Part shown: positions 20,475-30,391 of the stretch, in pieces | Layout: every line of letters starts with the position of its first letter | How positions within the stretch are numbered: position 1 is the first letter of the stretch | Sequence record: OZ273763.1 | DNA: 32,000 nt | Reading direction: 5' to 3' (one strand) | The notes under the pieces: model-generated | What the model was told of the DNA's origin: nothing | The model's input: only the letters and a program-made list of their open reading frames with translations | The model's database searches: none | Made by a program: the position numbers and the translations under genes

Positions 20475-20747
20475 ATGACAATGAATCTATCTTTATTCTT
20501 ATTTTTAATAGGTATTTTAGGATTTATTTTAAACAGAAAAAATATTATATTAATGATTATAGCAATAGAAATAATGTTATTATCTGTAACATTATTATTA
20601 TTAATAAGTTCCTTTGGTTTTGATGATAATATAGGGCAAACCTTTAGTATTTTTATAATATCAATTGCAGGAGCAGAATCAGTAGTAGGTTTAAGTATTC
20701 TTGTAGCTTTTTATAGATTAAGAGGAAATATTTCAATGATGAATTAA
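20475..20747 (+). CDS. nad4L: NADH dehydrogenase subunit 4L
   Basis: 90-aa hydrophobic protein ending ...AGAESVVGLSILVAFYRLRG... The stop TAA (20745-20747) shares its last A with the nad5 ATG. Confidence 0.95.
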   Translation: MTMNLSLFLFLIGILGFILNRKNIILMIIAIEIMLLSVTLLLLISSFGFDDNIGQTFSIFIISIAGAESVVGLSILVAFYRLRGNISMMN

Positions 20748-22750
20748 TGTATTTATCAATTTTAATTTTACCTTTATTAGGTTCTATAATTTCAGGTTTT
20801 ATGGGTAGAAAAATTGGAGTAACAGGTTCCCATATTATAACTTGTACTTGTTTAATTATATCTTCTATATTAGCTACAATAGCTTTTTATGAAGTTGGTA
20901 TATGTGGATCTCCTGTTTCAATCAATTTATTAAATTGGATTGATTCAGAATTAATGTTTATATCTTGGGAGTTTTTATTTGATCAATTAACTGTATCAAT
21001 GTTTATTCCTGTTCTTTACATATCTTCATTAATTCATATATTTTCTACTGATTATATGTCTTCAGATCCTCATAATCAAAGATTTTTCTCTTATTTATCT
21101 TTATTTACTTTTTTTATGTTATTATTAGTTTCAGGTGCTAATTATTTTGTAATGTTTATAGGTTGGGAAGGTATTGGAATAGTTTCTTATTTATTAATTA
21201 ATTTCTGGTTTACAAGAATACAAGCTAATAAAGCTGCCATTTTAGCTTTAACAATGAATAGAGTAGGTGATATGGGATTAAGTATTGGATTTTTTGCTTT
21301 ATTTGCATTATTTGGATCATTAGATTATGCTACAATATTTAATTTAACACCTTTTATAAATGAAACATCAATAACTATTATTAGTTTATTATTACTTTCA
21401 GGTGCTATGGCTAAATCAGCTCAAATTCCTTTACATAGTTGGTTACCTGGAAGTATGGAAGGTCCTACACCTGTATCTGCTTTAATTCATGCAGCTACTC
21501 TAGTTACTGCAGGTTTATATTTATTAATAAGATCTTCACCTTTATTAGAGTTTAGTGATACTGGTTTATTAATTATTACATTAGTAGGAGCTACTACAGC
21601 TTTTTTTGCAGCAACATGTGGTTTAGTACAAAATGATTTAAAAAGAATTATAGCATTTAGTACTATATCCCAACTAGGTTATATGGTAATGGCAGTTGGA
21701 CTTAGTCAATATAATGTAGCTTTAATGCATGTTATAAATCATGCATTTTTTAAAGCTTTATTATTTTTAGGAGCAGGAGCAGTAATACATAGTTTTGCTG
21801 ATCAACAAGATATTAGAAGAATGGGTGGTTTAATTAAGTTTTTACCTTTTACATATTCAGCTATGTTAGTAGGTACTTTATCTTTATTAGCTATTCCTTG
21901 GTTAACTGGATTTTATAGTAAAGATTTAATTATTGAATTAGCTTATGGAAAATATAATTTTAGTGGAACATATGCTTATATTTTAGGAAGCATTACTGCA
22001 GGTTTAACAGCCTTTTATTCATTTAGATTAATAAGTCTAGTGTTTTTAACTAAACCTAATGGTCCTAAAAATGTATATTTAAATTCTCATGAAGCAAATA
22101 TATCTGTTATTATTCCTTTATTTGTTTTAGCTTTATTTAGTATATTATTTGGGTTTATTTTTTATGATTTATTTGTAGGGGTTGGTTCTGATTTTTTTGG
22201 TAATTCATTGTTTATTAAACCAAATAATATATCAATTATAGAAGCTGAGTTTAGTTTACCTTTAATTATGAAATTATTACCAGCTATTTTATCTTTATCA
22301 GGTGCTATTTTATCTATTTTATTATATAATTTCTATCCTAATATCATAATTAATTTAACTGAAATATCAATATTTAGAAAATTATATACATTTTTAAATG
22401 GTAAATATTTTTTTGATATTATTTATAATAATTATATTATTTCTAAAAGTTTACAATTAGGTTATACTATTTCTAAAATTTTAGATAAAGGGGTTATAGA
22501 ATTAATAGGTCCACATGGATTATCTACTAATTTAACTGATACTGGAATAAATATTGCTAAATTAGATACTGGAATTATTACTACTTATTCTCTTTATATT
22601 ACTTTAGGTTTATTATCTTTATTATTTTTAATTTTTGCACCTATTTTAATAGATACTTCATTATTAAGTGAAGTAAGATTAATTATTATTTATTTATCAG
22701 CTTTAATTATATTATTTTCTTCTTTATTAGAACCAATAACTAATAAATAA
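20747..22750 (+). CDS. nad5: NADH dehydrogenase subunit 5
   Basis: ...FIGWEGIGIVSYLLINFWFTRIQANKAA..., ...AKSAQIPLHSWLPGSMEGPTPVSALIHAATLVTAG..., ...AFSTISQLGYM... Confidence 0.98.
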   Translation: MYLSILILPLLGSIISGFMGRKIGVTGSHIITCTCLIISSILATIAFYEVGICGSPVSINLLNWIDSELMFISWEFLFDQLTVSMFIPVLYISSLIHIFSTDYMSSDPHNQRFFSYLSLFTFFMLLLVSGANYFVMFIGWEGIGIVSYLLINFWFTRIQANKAAILALTMNRVGDMGLSIGFFALFALFGSLDYATIFNLTPFINETSITIISLLLLSGAMAKSAQIPLHSWLPGSMEGPTPVSALIHAATLVTAGLYLLIRSSPLLEFSDTGLLIITLVGATTAFFAATCGLVQNDLKRIIAFSTISQLGYMVMAVGLSQYNVALMHVINHAFFKALLFLGAGAVIHSFADQQDIRRMGGLIKFLPFTYSAMLVGTLSLLAIPWLTGFYSKDLIIELAYGKYNFSGTYAYILGSITAGLTAFYSFRLISLVFLTKPNGPKNVYLNSHEANISVIIPLFVLALFSILFGFIFYDLFVGVGSDFFGNSLFIKPNNISIIEAEFSLPLIMKLLPAILSLSGAILSILLYNFYPNIIINLTEISIFRKLYTFLNGKYFFDIIYNNYIISKSLQLGYTISKILDKGVIELIGPHGLSTNLTDTGINIAKLDTGIITTYSLYITLGLLSLLFLIFAPILIDTSLLSEVRLIIIYLSALIILFSSLLEPITNK

Positions 22751-22793
22751 AACACTAAAATTTAAATAATTTAATCCTAATAAATTATAATTT

Positions 22794-22805
22794 AAATCCC
22801 CTTTA
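22794..22805 (+). promoter_or_regulatory. C-core motif AAATCCCCTTTA, 48 nt 3' of the nad5 stop
   Basis: AAATCCCCT form, also at 31070 and reverse-complemented at 28406-28417. Confidence 0.55.
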
Positions 22806-22810
22806 TAAAA

Positions 22811-24361
22811 ATGAAACTAATATTTAACAATCATCTTAATTTTTATTATCTTCTTAAAAAAATAATATTTTTAGAAGTCAAGGTTAATATAAATTTATAT
22901 ATAAATATAAATATGATAAGCTCTCTTCTACTTATACCAGTGATAGGTTCTTTAATATTAATACCTATACAAGAAAATTCAATTAAAAATAAATCTTTAA
23001 TGAAAAATATAGCTTTAATTACTTCTCTAATTAATTTTTTAATTTCTATATTAATGTGGATTGAATTTGATTCCAGTACTACTCAGTATCAATTTGTTTA
23101 TGAATTTAATACTTTAAATTTTTGTCATTTTAATGTAGGAATTGATGGTATATCTATTTATTTTGTATTATTAACTACATTTGTTACACCAATTGCTATC
23201 CTTTCTGATTATACAAGTATAAATAAAAATATAAAATATTTTTTAATCTCTTTTTTAATGTTAGAAACGTTACAAATATTTGCTTTTGTTTCATTGGATT
23301 TATTCCTTTTTTATATATTTTTTGAAAGTATATTACCTATAATATTTATTGTAATTATTATTTATGGTCATGGAGAAAATAGATTTAGATCTGCATTTTT
23401 ATTATTCTTGTATACATTAGCAGGAAGTTTACCTATGTTACTTTGTATATTATATATTTATAGTAATATAGGTTCTACAGATTTTCAATTAATTTCTTTA
23501 TCTGAAATTAGTTTTGATACTCAGAAAATATTATGGTTAGGATTTTTTATAGCTTTTGCTGTTAAAACTCCTTTATATCCTTTTACTATTTGGTTACCTA
23601 AAGCTCATGCTGATTCTCCTTTAGCAGGATCTATACTACTTGCAGCTACTATATTAAAACTGGCTACTTATGGATATCTTAGAGTATTAATTCATTTTTT
23701 ACCTGATGCTTCTAATTATTTTGGACCTCTATTACAAACTATTGCTGTAATAACTATTATTTATGCTAGTTTAGCTACTATAATTCAACAAGATACTAAA
23801 AGATTAATTGCTTATAGTAGTATTGCTCACATGGGAGTAGTTGTATTAGGATTATTTAGTAATACTATACAAGGTATAGAAGGAGGTATTTTATTAGCAT
23901 TAGCTCATGGATTTGTATCTCCTGCTTTATTTATATGTGTTGGAGGTATAATATATGAAAGAACAGGAACTAGAATTATAAATTATATTAGAGGTTTAAC
24001 TCTAACTATGCCTGTTTTTTCTACTTTATTTTTAATTTTTACTTTATGTAATACTGGTATACCTTTAACTCTTAATTTTTTAGGTGAAGTAATGTCTTTA
24101 ATTGGTATTTTTCAAAGAAATCCTTTTGCAGCTATTTTAGGTGCTAGTGGTATTGTTTTATCTGCTTGTTATTCTATTTTTTTATATAATAGATTAGCAT
24201 TTGCTCAATACTCACCTAATTTATTAGTTATTAAAGATATAAATAGAAGAGAATTTTTTATTTTAATTAGTTTGTTAATTCCTACTTTTGTTTTAGGAAT
24301 TTTCCCTAATATTATTTTAGATTCTCTTCATACAACTATCTCTTCATTATTATTTATTTAA
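22811..24361 (+). CDS. nad4: NADH dehydrogenase subunit 4 (the true start is probably the internal ATG at about 22913, MISSLLLIPVIG...)
   Basis: ...WLPKAHADSPLAGSILLAATILKLATYG..., ...KRLIAYSSIAHMGVVVLG... The first 34 codons of the track ORF (MKLIFNNHLNFYYLL...) have no ND4 counterpart. Confidence 0.95.
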   Translation: MKLIFNNHLNFYYLLKKIIFLEVKVNINLYININMISSLLLIPVIGSLILIPIQENSIKNKSLMKNIALITSLINFLISILMWIEFDSSTTQYQFVYEFNTLNFCHFNVGIDGISIYFVLLTTFVTPIAILSDYTSINKNIKYFLISFLMLETLQIFAFVSLDLFLFYIFFESILPIIFIVIIIYGHGENRFRSAFLLFLYTLAGSLPMLLCILYIYSNIGSTDFQLISLSEISFDTQKILWLGFFIAFAVKTPLYPFTIWLPKAHADSPLAGSILLAATILKLATYGYLRVLIHFLPDASNYFGPLLQTIAVITIIYASLATIIQQDTKRLIAYSSIAHMGVVVLGLFSNTIQGIEGGILLALAHGFVSPALFICVGGIIYERTGTRIINYIRGLTLTMPVFSTLFLIFTLCNTGIPLTLNFLGEVMSLIGIFQRNPFAAILGASGIVLSACYSIFLYNRLAFAQYSPNLLVIKDINRREFFILISLLIPTFVLGIFPNIILDSLHTTISSLLFI

Positions 24362-24385
24362 TAATATTATTAAATAAATATTTAA

Positions 24386-24396
24386 ATAACCCCACT
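24386..24396 (+). promoter_or_regulatory. C-core motif ATAACCCCACT, 29 nt 3' of the nad4 stop
   Basis: C4 run in A/T context on the coding strand. Confidence 0.55.
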
Positions 24397-24864
24397 AACA
24401 ATATTTAAGTTCTAAATTTTATCTATAAAATTTAAATTTTATAATAATTTAAAATTAATAAATTTAAATTTATATTGTGATAAATTATTATAAAACATAA
24501 TAAAAGGTATTAATATATCTAATATTAGTTATTTTCATTATTTTATTAATACATTTATTTAATACATTTAAAATTTTATTAATTTACTTTTTATAAGTAT
24601 TTCGTAACTTAATTTAAGGTATTACGATTTATATTAAATTATTATTACATCATATAATGCTTTATATGATATATTTATATAAAATATTGAATATAAGTAT
24701 TTAAAGCACAAATATACTATTTTAAGTTTAACTTATTTATTTTTATAAAAATAAATAGTTTGTCTTTTATCGTTTAATATGTATATAAATAAATAATATA
24801 TATAATAATCGAGTGGATATTATTATAATATATTTATACACAGACTAAAAACATTCATATTTTA

Positions 24865-25509
24865 ATGAAAAATATATTTATTGATATTTTATCTTTTGGT
24901 GCTCTTTTGTCTGGTGTTTTAGTAATTACTTCTAAAAATCCAGTAATATCTGTAATATTTTTAATATCTGTATTTGTTAATGCAGCTGGATATTTAATTT
25001 TATTAGGAATAGGTTTTATAGGAATTTCTTATATAATAGTTTATGTTGGTGCTATTGCTGTATTATTTCTTTTTGTTATTATGATGATTAATATTAAATT
25101 AACAGATATTTTAGAAACAGGTAGTCAATATACTAAAAATATTCCTTTAGCTTTAGCAATAGGTTCTTTATTTATTTATGAATTATATAATATTTTACCT
25201 TTCACATTTAATAATATATCTGCTTTATCTTATCTATTAGAAATATTAACTAATCTTAATAGTTTATTCATAAATTATAATGAATATAATTTACAAACAG
25301 GATTAGAAGATAATATTTATTCTCTATCTAATATTTTTAATACTTTTAATCCTATTAATGCAGATACTAATATTACTAGTTTTTTACATATAGAATCAAT
25401 AGGACAAAGTATTTATACTTATGAAGCAGTATTACTTATTATTTCAAGTTTAATATTATTATTAGCTATGATTGCTCCTATATTTATATCTAAAACATTA
25501 CATAAATAA
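24865..25509 (+). CDS. nad6: NADH dehydrogenase subunit 6
   Basis: The N-terminus ...LLSGVLVITSKNPVISVIFLISVFVNAAGYLILLGIGFIGISYIIVYVGAIAVLFLFVIMM is typical ND6. Confidence 0.93.
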   Translation: MKNIFIDILSFGALLSGVLVITSKNPVISVIFLISVFVNAAGYLILLGIGFIGISYIIVYVGAIAVLFLFVIMMINIKLTDILETGSQYTKNIPLALAIGSLFIYELYNILPFTFNNISALSYLLEILTNLNSLFINYNEYNLQTGLEDNIYSLSNIFNTFNPINADTNITSFLHIESIGQSIYTYEAVLLIISSLILLLAMIAPIFISKTLHK

Positions 25510-25627
25510 TTATAATATAATGATTTAAAATGGTGTTTTATTTATATAAAACTTTATAATAAATTAAAATTTACTTATTAAAAGTATATATAATTTAAAT
25601 CATTATATATGTTAGACGCTATCTTAA

Positions 25628-25867
<240 letters not shown>

Positions 25868-25932
25868 TTTTATCTTAATAATTAGATATTTTATTTTGAA
25901 CTTAATAATAAATTAAATGATTCATTTTGCAT

Positions 25933-25944
25933 TTAACCCCTCTA
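25933..25944 (+). promoter_or_regulatory. C-core motif TTAACCCCTCTA, 70 nt 3' of the atp9 stop
   Basis: Same TTAACCCCTCT as the atp6 copy. No motif lies between nad6 and atp9. Confidence 0.55.
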
Positions 25945-26046
25945 AATATCATAATATATTATTAATAAATAATAAGTAATATTAAATAATAAATAAAAAT
26001 AAGAAACAAATAATTATTAATAAAGGTTATAATTAAAAAGAATTTT

Positions 26047-26118
26047 ATTCTTTTAGTTTAATGGTCAAAACTACATTCTTCTAAAGTGTTAATTTTGGTT
26101 CGAGTCCAAAAGAGAATA
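26047..26118 (+). tRNA. trnR: tRNA-Arg(UCU)
   Basis: attcttt|ta|gttt|aatggtca|aaac|t|acatt|cttctaa|agtgt|taat|tttgg|ttcgagt|ccaaa|agagaat|a. Confidence 0.9.
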
Positions 26119-26646
26119 GAGATATAAACATTTAAAATCAAAATATTTAGTTACAATACCAGTTTAATATCTCAAATAATTATATATATATATATTAGTC
26201 ATTATTATAAATTATATTTTTTTAATATTATAAACCTTATAAAATAAAATAAAATATTTTATTAATAATATAAGGAATATATAATAATATTTATTTTAAT
26301 ATTTATATTAAATTTGTACTATTATATATAATAAATCATTATAAATTAAAATCTTAATAAAATTTAAAATATAAATTAAAACTATATAATATTAAAATTT
26401 AATCATTTATTCTATAATAAAATAAAATAGTTAAATATAAACATTAATATTAAATTATATTAATTTTAAAGCTAAACTATTATAAATATTATATAATATA
26501 TATAATTTTAATTATAAATTATTATTTTGTTAATTTATAATTAATAATAAAAATACAACCACAAATTTTTAGTTTTTATTATATATTAATAATAAGAACA
26601 ATATTTTGATATTTTATCAAAATAATAATGATATTTAATAATAAAT

Positions 26647-27687
26647 ATGAATATTATAAATAACTCTTTTTTTTCTACTTCTGGAGGAATAATGTTAAGT
26701 TTGAATGTATTAATATATTTAGTAGATGTTTTATCTGTTTTATTACCAATATTATTATCTGTAGCTTTTATGACTATAATAGAAAGAAAACAATTAGCAG
26801 CACATCAAAGAAGAGTAGGACCTAATACAGTAGGTTATTTTGGTATATTACAACCATTTTCTGATGCTTTAAAATTAATACTTAAAGAAACTGTTATACC
26901 ATCTCATTCTAATAAAATATTATTTTATTTAGCTCCTGTATCAACATTAATATTTAGTTTATTAGGTTGAGGAATTATACCTTTTGAACAAGGATTAGCT
27001 ATTACAGATTTTTCATTAGGTATTTTATATACTTTAGCTTTATCTTCTTTAGGTGTTTATGGTATACTATTTGCAGGTTGGTCTGCTAATTCAAAATATG
27101 CCTTTTTAGGTTCTCTTAGATCTACAGCTGCTATGATATCTTATGAATTAATATTAAGTTCAGCCATTTTAATTATTATTATTATTACTGGATCATTCAA
27201 CATAACAACGATTATTGAATATCAACAATCTATTTGGTTTATAATTCCATTATTACCTGTATTCATTTTTTATTTTATTTCTATTTTAGCTGAAACCTCT
27301 AGAACACCTTTTGATTTACAAGAAGCAGAATCAGAATTAGTAGCAGGTTTTTTCACAGAACATTCTAGTGTTCCATTTGTTTTTTTCTTTTTAGCTGAAT
27401 ATAGTTCTATAATACTATTTAGCTGTATTACAGCTATACTATTTTTAGGTGGATATAATATGCCTGAAGTATTTTTAAATTCAAGTATCATAAACATTCA
27501 ATCTATTATATTAGGTATTAAAACTTGTATTTTTTGTTTTATGTTTGTATGGGTTAGAGCTACTTTACCTAGACTTAGATATGATCAACTTATAGAATTA
27601 TGTTGGTTAAAACTTTTGCCTGTTGCTGTAGCTTTAATAATTCTAGTACCCTCAATATTAATTATGTTTGATATAGCTCCAATATAA
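26647..27687 (+). CDS. nad1: NADH dehydrogenase subunit 1, one continuous gene with an in-frame TGA(Trp) at 26968-26970
   Basis: Track ORFs 26647-26970 and 27133-27687 are in the same frame. The gap translates without stops as GIIPFEQGLAITDFSLGILYTLALSSLGVYGILFAGWSANSKYAFLGSLRSTAA, which is canonical ND1. The TGA sits in ...LLG-W-GIIPF, a conserved Trp position. Confidence 0.96.
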
Positions 27688-27945
27688 TTTAACGTTTAAC
27701 ATTTATTTAATAAATTCAAATTATTAAAATTTAATTATGTTATTTATTTATTCTTTACTTTAATTTATATTAAAATTTAGTTTAGGTAATAATAATCATG
27801 ATATTAAAATTAATAATAATCATAAAATATAAGAATGGAATAATAAATTATAAATTGAATTTATTTTATTTAATAATTTATTAATTTATATAAAATTTAT
27901 TAACTAATTAATATTGAACAAAATTTAAATACTTTTGTTAATAAT

Positions 27946-27957
27946 TTAATCCCCTAA
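27946..27957 (+). promoter_or_regulatory. C-core motif TTAATCCCCTAA, 264 nt 3' of the nad1 stop
   Basis: AATCCCCTAA is shared with 31071-31080. Confidence 0.5.
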
Positions 27958-28110
27958 TTTATTTATTAATACTATATATAATAATAAATTTTTAAAAGAA
28001 AGTTAATAATTTTCTAATTAAAATTTATTATTTTGTTAATTAATGAAAAACAAATAATTAATATTAATTATTATAATTATAAGTTTTCATTTATCAATTT
28101 ATTTTTATTA

Positions 28111-28183
28111 AAGAGCGTAGTATTAACGGTTAGTATTGTGATCTCCAAAATCAAAGGTAGGTGTTCGAATCACCTCGCTCTTG
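28111..28183 (+). tRNA. trnW: tRNA-Trp(CCA)
   Basis: aagagcg|ta|gtat|taacggtta|gtat|t|gtgat|ctccaaa|atcaa|aggt|aggtg|ttcgaat|cacct|cgctctt|g. Anticodon CCA at 28145-28147 with U33 and A37 in place. One G.A mismatch at the top of the anticodon stem. Confidence 0.85.
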
Positions 28184-28215
28184 TATTTTAAATGAAACTA
28201 ATAATATATAATAAA

Positions 28216-28288
28216 GAGCTTTTAGCTTAATAGGTAGAGTACTTAATTGTCAATTAGGTTGGTGCCAGTTCGAATCTGGTAGAGCTCG
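28216..28288 (+). tRNA. trnD: tRNA-Asp(GUC)
   Basis: gagcttt|ta|gctt|aataggta|gagt|a|cttaa|ttgtcaa|ttagg|ttggt|gccag|ttcgaat|ctggt|agagctc|g. Confidence 0.9.
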
Positions 28289-28344
28289 TAATATACAATA
28301 ATTTTATAATTAAATTTATATTAATCATTAATATAATTATTATT

Positions 28345-28357
28345 TAAAACCCCCTTC
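28345..28357 (+). promoter_or_regulatory. C-core variant AAAACCCCCTTCA, 61 nt 3' of trnD
   Basis: C5 run facing two reverse-complement copies 40-60 nt downstream. Confidence 0.5.
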
Positions 28358-28389
28358 ATATTATATAAATATAATTATTATATAATTAA

Positions 28390-28400
28390 AAAGGGGTTAA
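28390..28400 (-). promoter_or_regulatory. C-core motif on the minus strand (AAAGGGGTTAA = rc of TTAACCCCTTT)
   Basis: Exact reverse complement of the 11-mer found after nad3 and orf360. Confidence 0.5.
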
Positions 28401-28405
28401 TTCAT

Positions 28406-28417
28406 AAAAGGGGATTT
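28406..28417 (-). promoter_or_regulatory. C-core motif on the minus strand (AAAAGGGGATTT = rc of AAATCCCCTTTT)
   Basis: Reverse complement matches the nad5 copy AAATCCCCTTTA in 11 of 12 positions. Confidence 0.5.
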
Positions 28418-28573
28418 TATGAATTAATAATGGTTATAAGGTATAATACTAGTATTAATTTTAATAGTTACTTTTTCTATTTCACCATTGATTATTTTTA
28501 ATAGTCTAGTAGTTAATATTTGACCTATCTGAATAGATTAATCATTACTAATTAATTAATGTTGAACACAAAT

Positions 28574-28607
28574 AAAAAGGGTGTATATAATAAAGATCAC
28601 CCTTTTT
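28574..28607. repeat. stem-loop aaaaagggtg-(14 nt)-cacccttttt
   Basis: Perfect 10-bp stem with a GGGTG/CACCC core in the trnD-trnG spacer. Confidence 0.7.
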
Positions 28608-28830
28608 ACATTATCTTTATAAATTTAAATAAGGGATACTTATTCTTCTTTAATTATATTTAATACTTTGAATAAATCATTAATTATAATTAACATTTTA
28701 GATTTTCTTGCTACCAAAGGTAACAATTTATAATCTCTAATTAATTTAATGAAATCATTAAATTAATTAATTATATTAGAATTTATATTTATGTATTTAT
28801 AAAAGAATAAAGTAATTTATGATTATTAAA

Positions 28831-28901
28831 ACGAGTATAGTTAAGTGGTATAGCTTCTACCTTCCAAGTAGATATCATCAGTTCGAATCTGATTACTCGT
28901 A
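28831..28901 (+). tRNA. trnG: tRNA-Gly(UCC)
   Basis: acgagta|ta|gtta|agtggta|tagc|t|tctac|cttccaa|gtaga|tatc|atcag|ttcgaat|ctgat|tactcgt|a. Confidence 0.9.
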
Positions 28902-28977
28902 TAATTATATAATTTTTATATAAATAAATCAAAATAATATAAATTGTATAATAATATTAATTTTTAAATAATAATAA

Positions 28978-29060
28978 TACGAGTAAAGAGACTTGAACTC
29001 TTAAGATTAAAAATCATGAATTCCTAAAATTCACCCGGATACCAATTTCGGCACACTCGC
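28978..29060 (-). tRNA. trnL: tRNA-Leu(UAG), type II, minus strand
   Basis: Reverse complement folds as gcgagtg|tg|ccg|aaattggtatc|cgg|g|tgaat|tttagga|attca|14-nt variable arm|aagag|ttcaagt|ctctt|tactcgt|a. Confidence 0.85.
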
Positions 29061-29076
29061 TAATTTTATATCAAAT

Positions 29077-29147
29077 TAAGGAGTAGAGTAATCGAAACTC
29101 TGTCTGTAAAGTGTAAATTTACTGCTATACCACTCAGCTAACTCCTT
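29077..29147 (-). tRNA. trnV: tRNA-Val(UAC), minus strand
   Basis: Reverse complement folds as aaggagt|ta|gctg|agtggta|tagc|a|gtaaa|tttacac|tttac|agac|agagt|ttcgatt|actct|actcctt|a. Confidence 0.9.
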
Positions 29148-29324
29148 ATATTATAAATTAATATTTATTAAATAAATTAATAAAATACTTAATATTTATA
29201 ATTTAATTATATTATCTTTTAAATAATAATACTTATTTTTATTAGTATTTTAAATAAACTAATAAAAATTGTTAATAATAAATAAAAACATTTAAATTAT
29301 TATAAACAATTTAAATATAAAAGA

Positions 29325-29397
29325 GGTAAAATTAGTTTAATCGGTAAAATAATGTTTTGTGGAGACAATGTTCAGAGTTCAAATCTCTGATTTTACC
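29325..29397 (+). tRNA. trnH: tRNA-His(GUG) with genomically encoded G-1
   Basis: g|gtaaaat|ta|gttt|aatcggta|aaat|a|atgtt|ttgtgga|gacaa|tgtt|cagag|ttcaaat|ctctg|attttac|c. G-1 can pair with the discriminator C. Confidence 0.88.
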
Positions 29398-29400
29398 TTT

Positions 29401-29424
29401 AGAAACAAATTTAAATTTGTTTCT
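29401..29424. repeat. perfect 24-nt palindrome agaaacaaattt|aaatttgtttct, starting 4 nt after trnH
   Basis: Arms verified base by base. Confidence 0.8.
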
Positions 29425-30391
29425 AATTTATAAATTAACTGAAAATTTATACTAAAAATAATATTTAAATTTATTATATTTATACTCTTTATTTTATATT
29501 TTATTTACATTTAACAATTTTATAATTTATAATTATAAATTTTATATTAAATATTAAATTTATGTCAAATATTTATAACACTAAAACTAATATTAATATA
29601 ATTATTATAAAAGAATAAGTTAAGATATCTAATATTGTAATTTATATTATATTTTATTATTTAAAATATAAAACATTATGTATAAATTATGGAAGATTCT
29701 ATTGGTTATATAAATTTATTTTAAAATAATATAATTTGTGGTAATTTAAATTGAATATATTTTAATTATAAGAATATTATAAATATATAATAATATTAAT
29801 ATTTTGTCTAACACTTATGTATGTTATATTTTAATATTTTTTATATTAATTTAAAATAAAAACCTAAATTTAACCTATGAATGTTTAGATTAAATCAATA
29901 TATAAATATTTAATATAATATATTAAATATTTACTAAATTAGTTCTATAGATTATATATCTAACTTAATATAATATTCACAATATATTATTAATATATTA
30001 TGAATACATTAATAATTAAATATATATTTTTAAATACTTTATAAAATTTTGTATTAGATTATTAAAATATATTTGTATTTAAATTTATATAATATTATTA
30101 ATGTACTACTATTTTTATAGAAATAATTAAATATATTATTATACTTATTATATATTTAATTATTAATTAGTTTTAATTAATAATTAATTTATTTTTCTAA
30201 TACTTTATATTAATATTTATATTAATTCTATTTTTAATTAAAAGATAGATCTAATTTATATTAGATAATTAATATATTATATAATTATAATAAATACAAA
30301 TGAATAATGTATAATATATTAATCATAACATATTAATTAAATAGAGATATAGTTCTAAAATGATTACCTATAATTTAAATCAATATTAATT

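Noticed and set aside
22811-22990. Apparent -1/+1 disagreement between my hand translation and the ORF track across two A-runs (about 22856-22862 and 22978-22985) in the N-terminal extension of nad4
   Set aside because: This is most likely my miscounting of homopolymers, since the track is computed from the sequence. Either way the conserved ND4 sequence begins at MISSLLLIPVIG (about 22913), so the gene call does not change.
24701-24709. Exact yeast-type promoter nonamer ATATAAGTA upstream of nad6. Related hits: TTATAAGTA at 24591 and 11276, ATATATGTA at about 529, 547 and 30795, and CATATGTA inside both leader repeats.
   Set aside because: An identical ATATAAGTA also occurs inside the rps3 coding region (3748-3756). 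In DNA this AT-rich a few exact 9-mer hits are expected by chance. They cannot be called promoters without 5'-end data.
27270-27497. 75-aa minus-strand ORF
   Set aside because: Antisense within nad1.
29900-29935. Many all-A/T palindromes and inverted repeats, for example aaatatttaatat-aat-atattaaatattt
   Set aside because: These are expected at high frequency in sequence made almost only of A and T. Only G/C-containing or gene-adjacent palindromes were reported.
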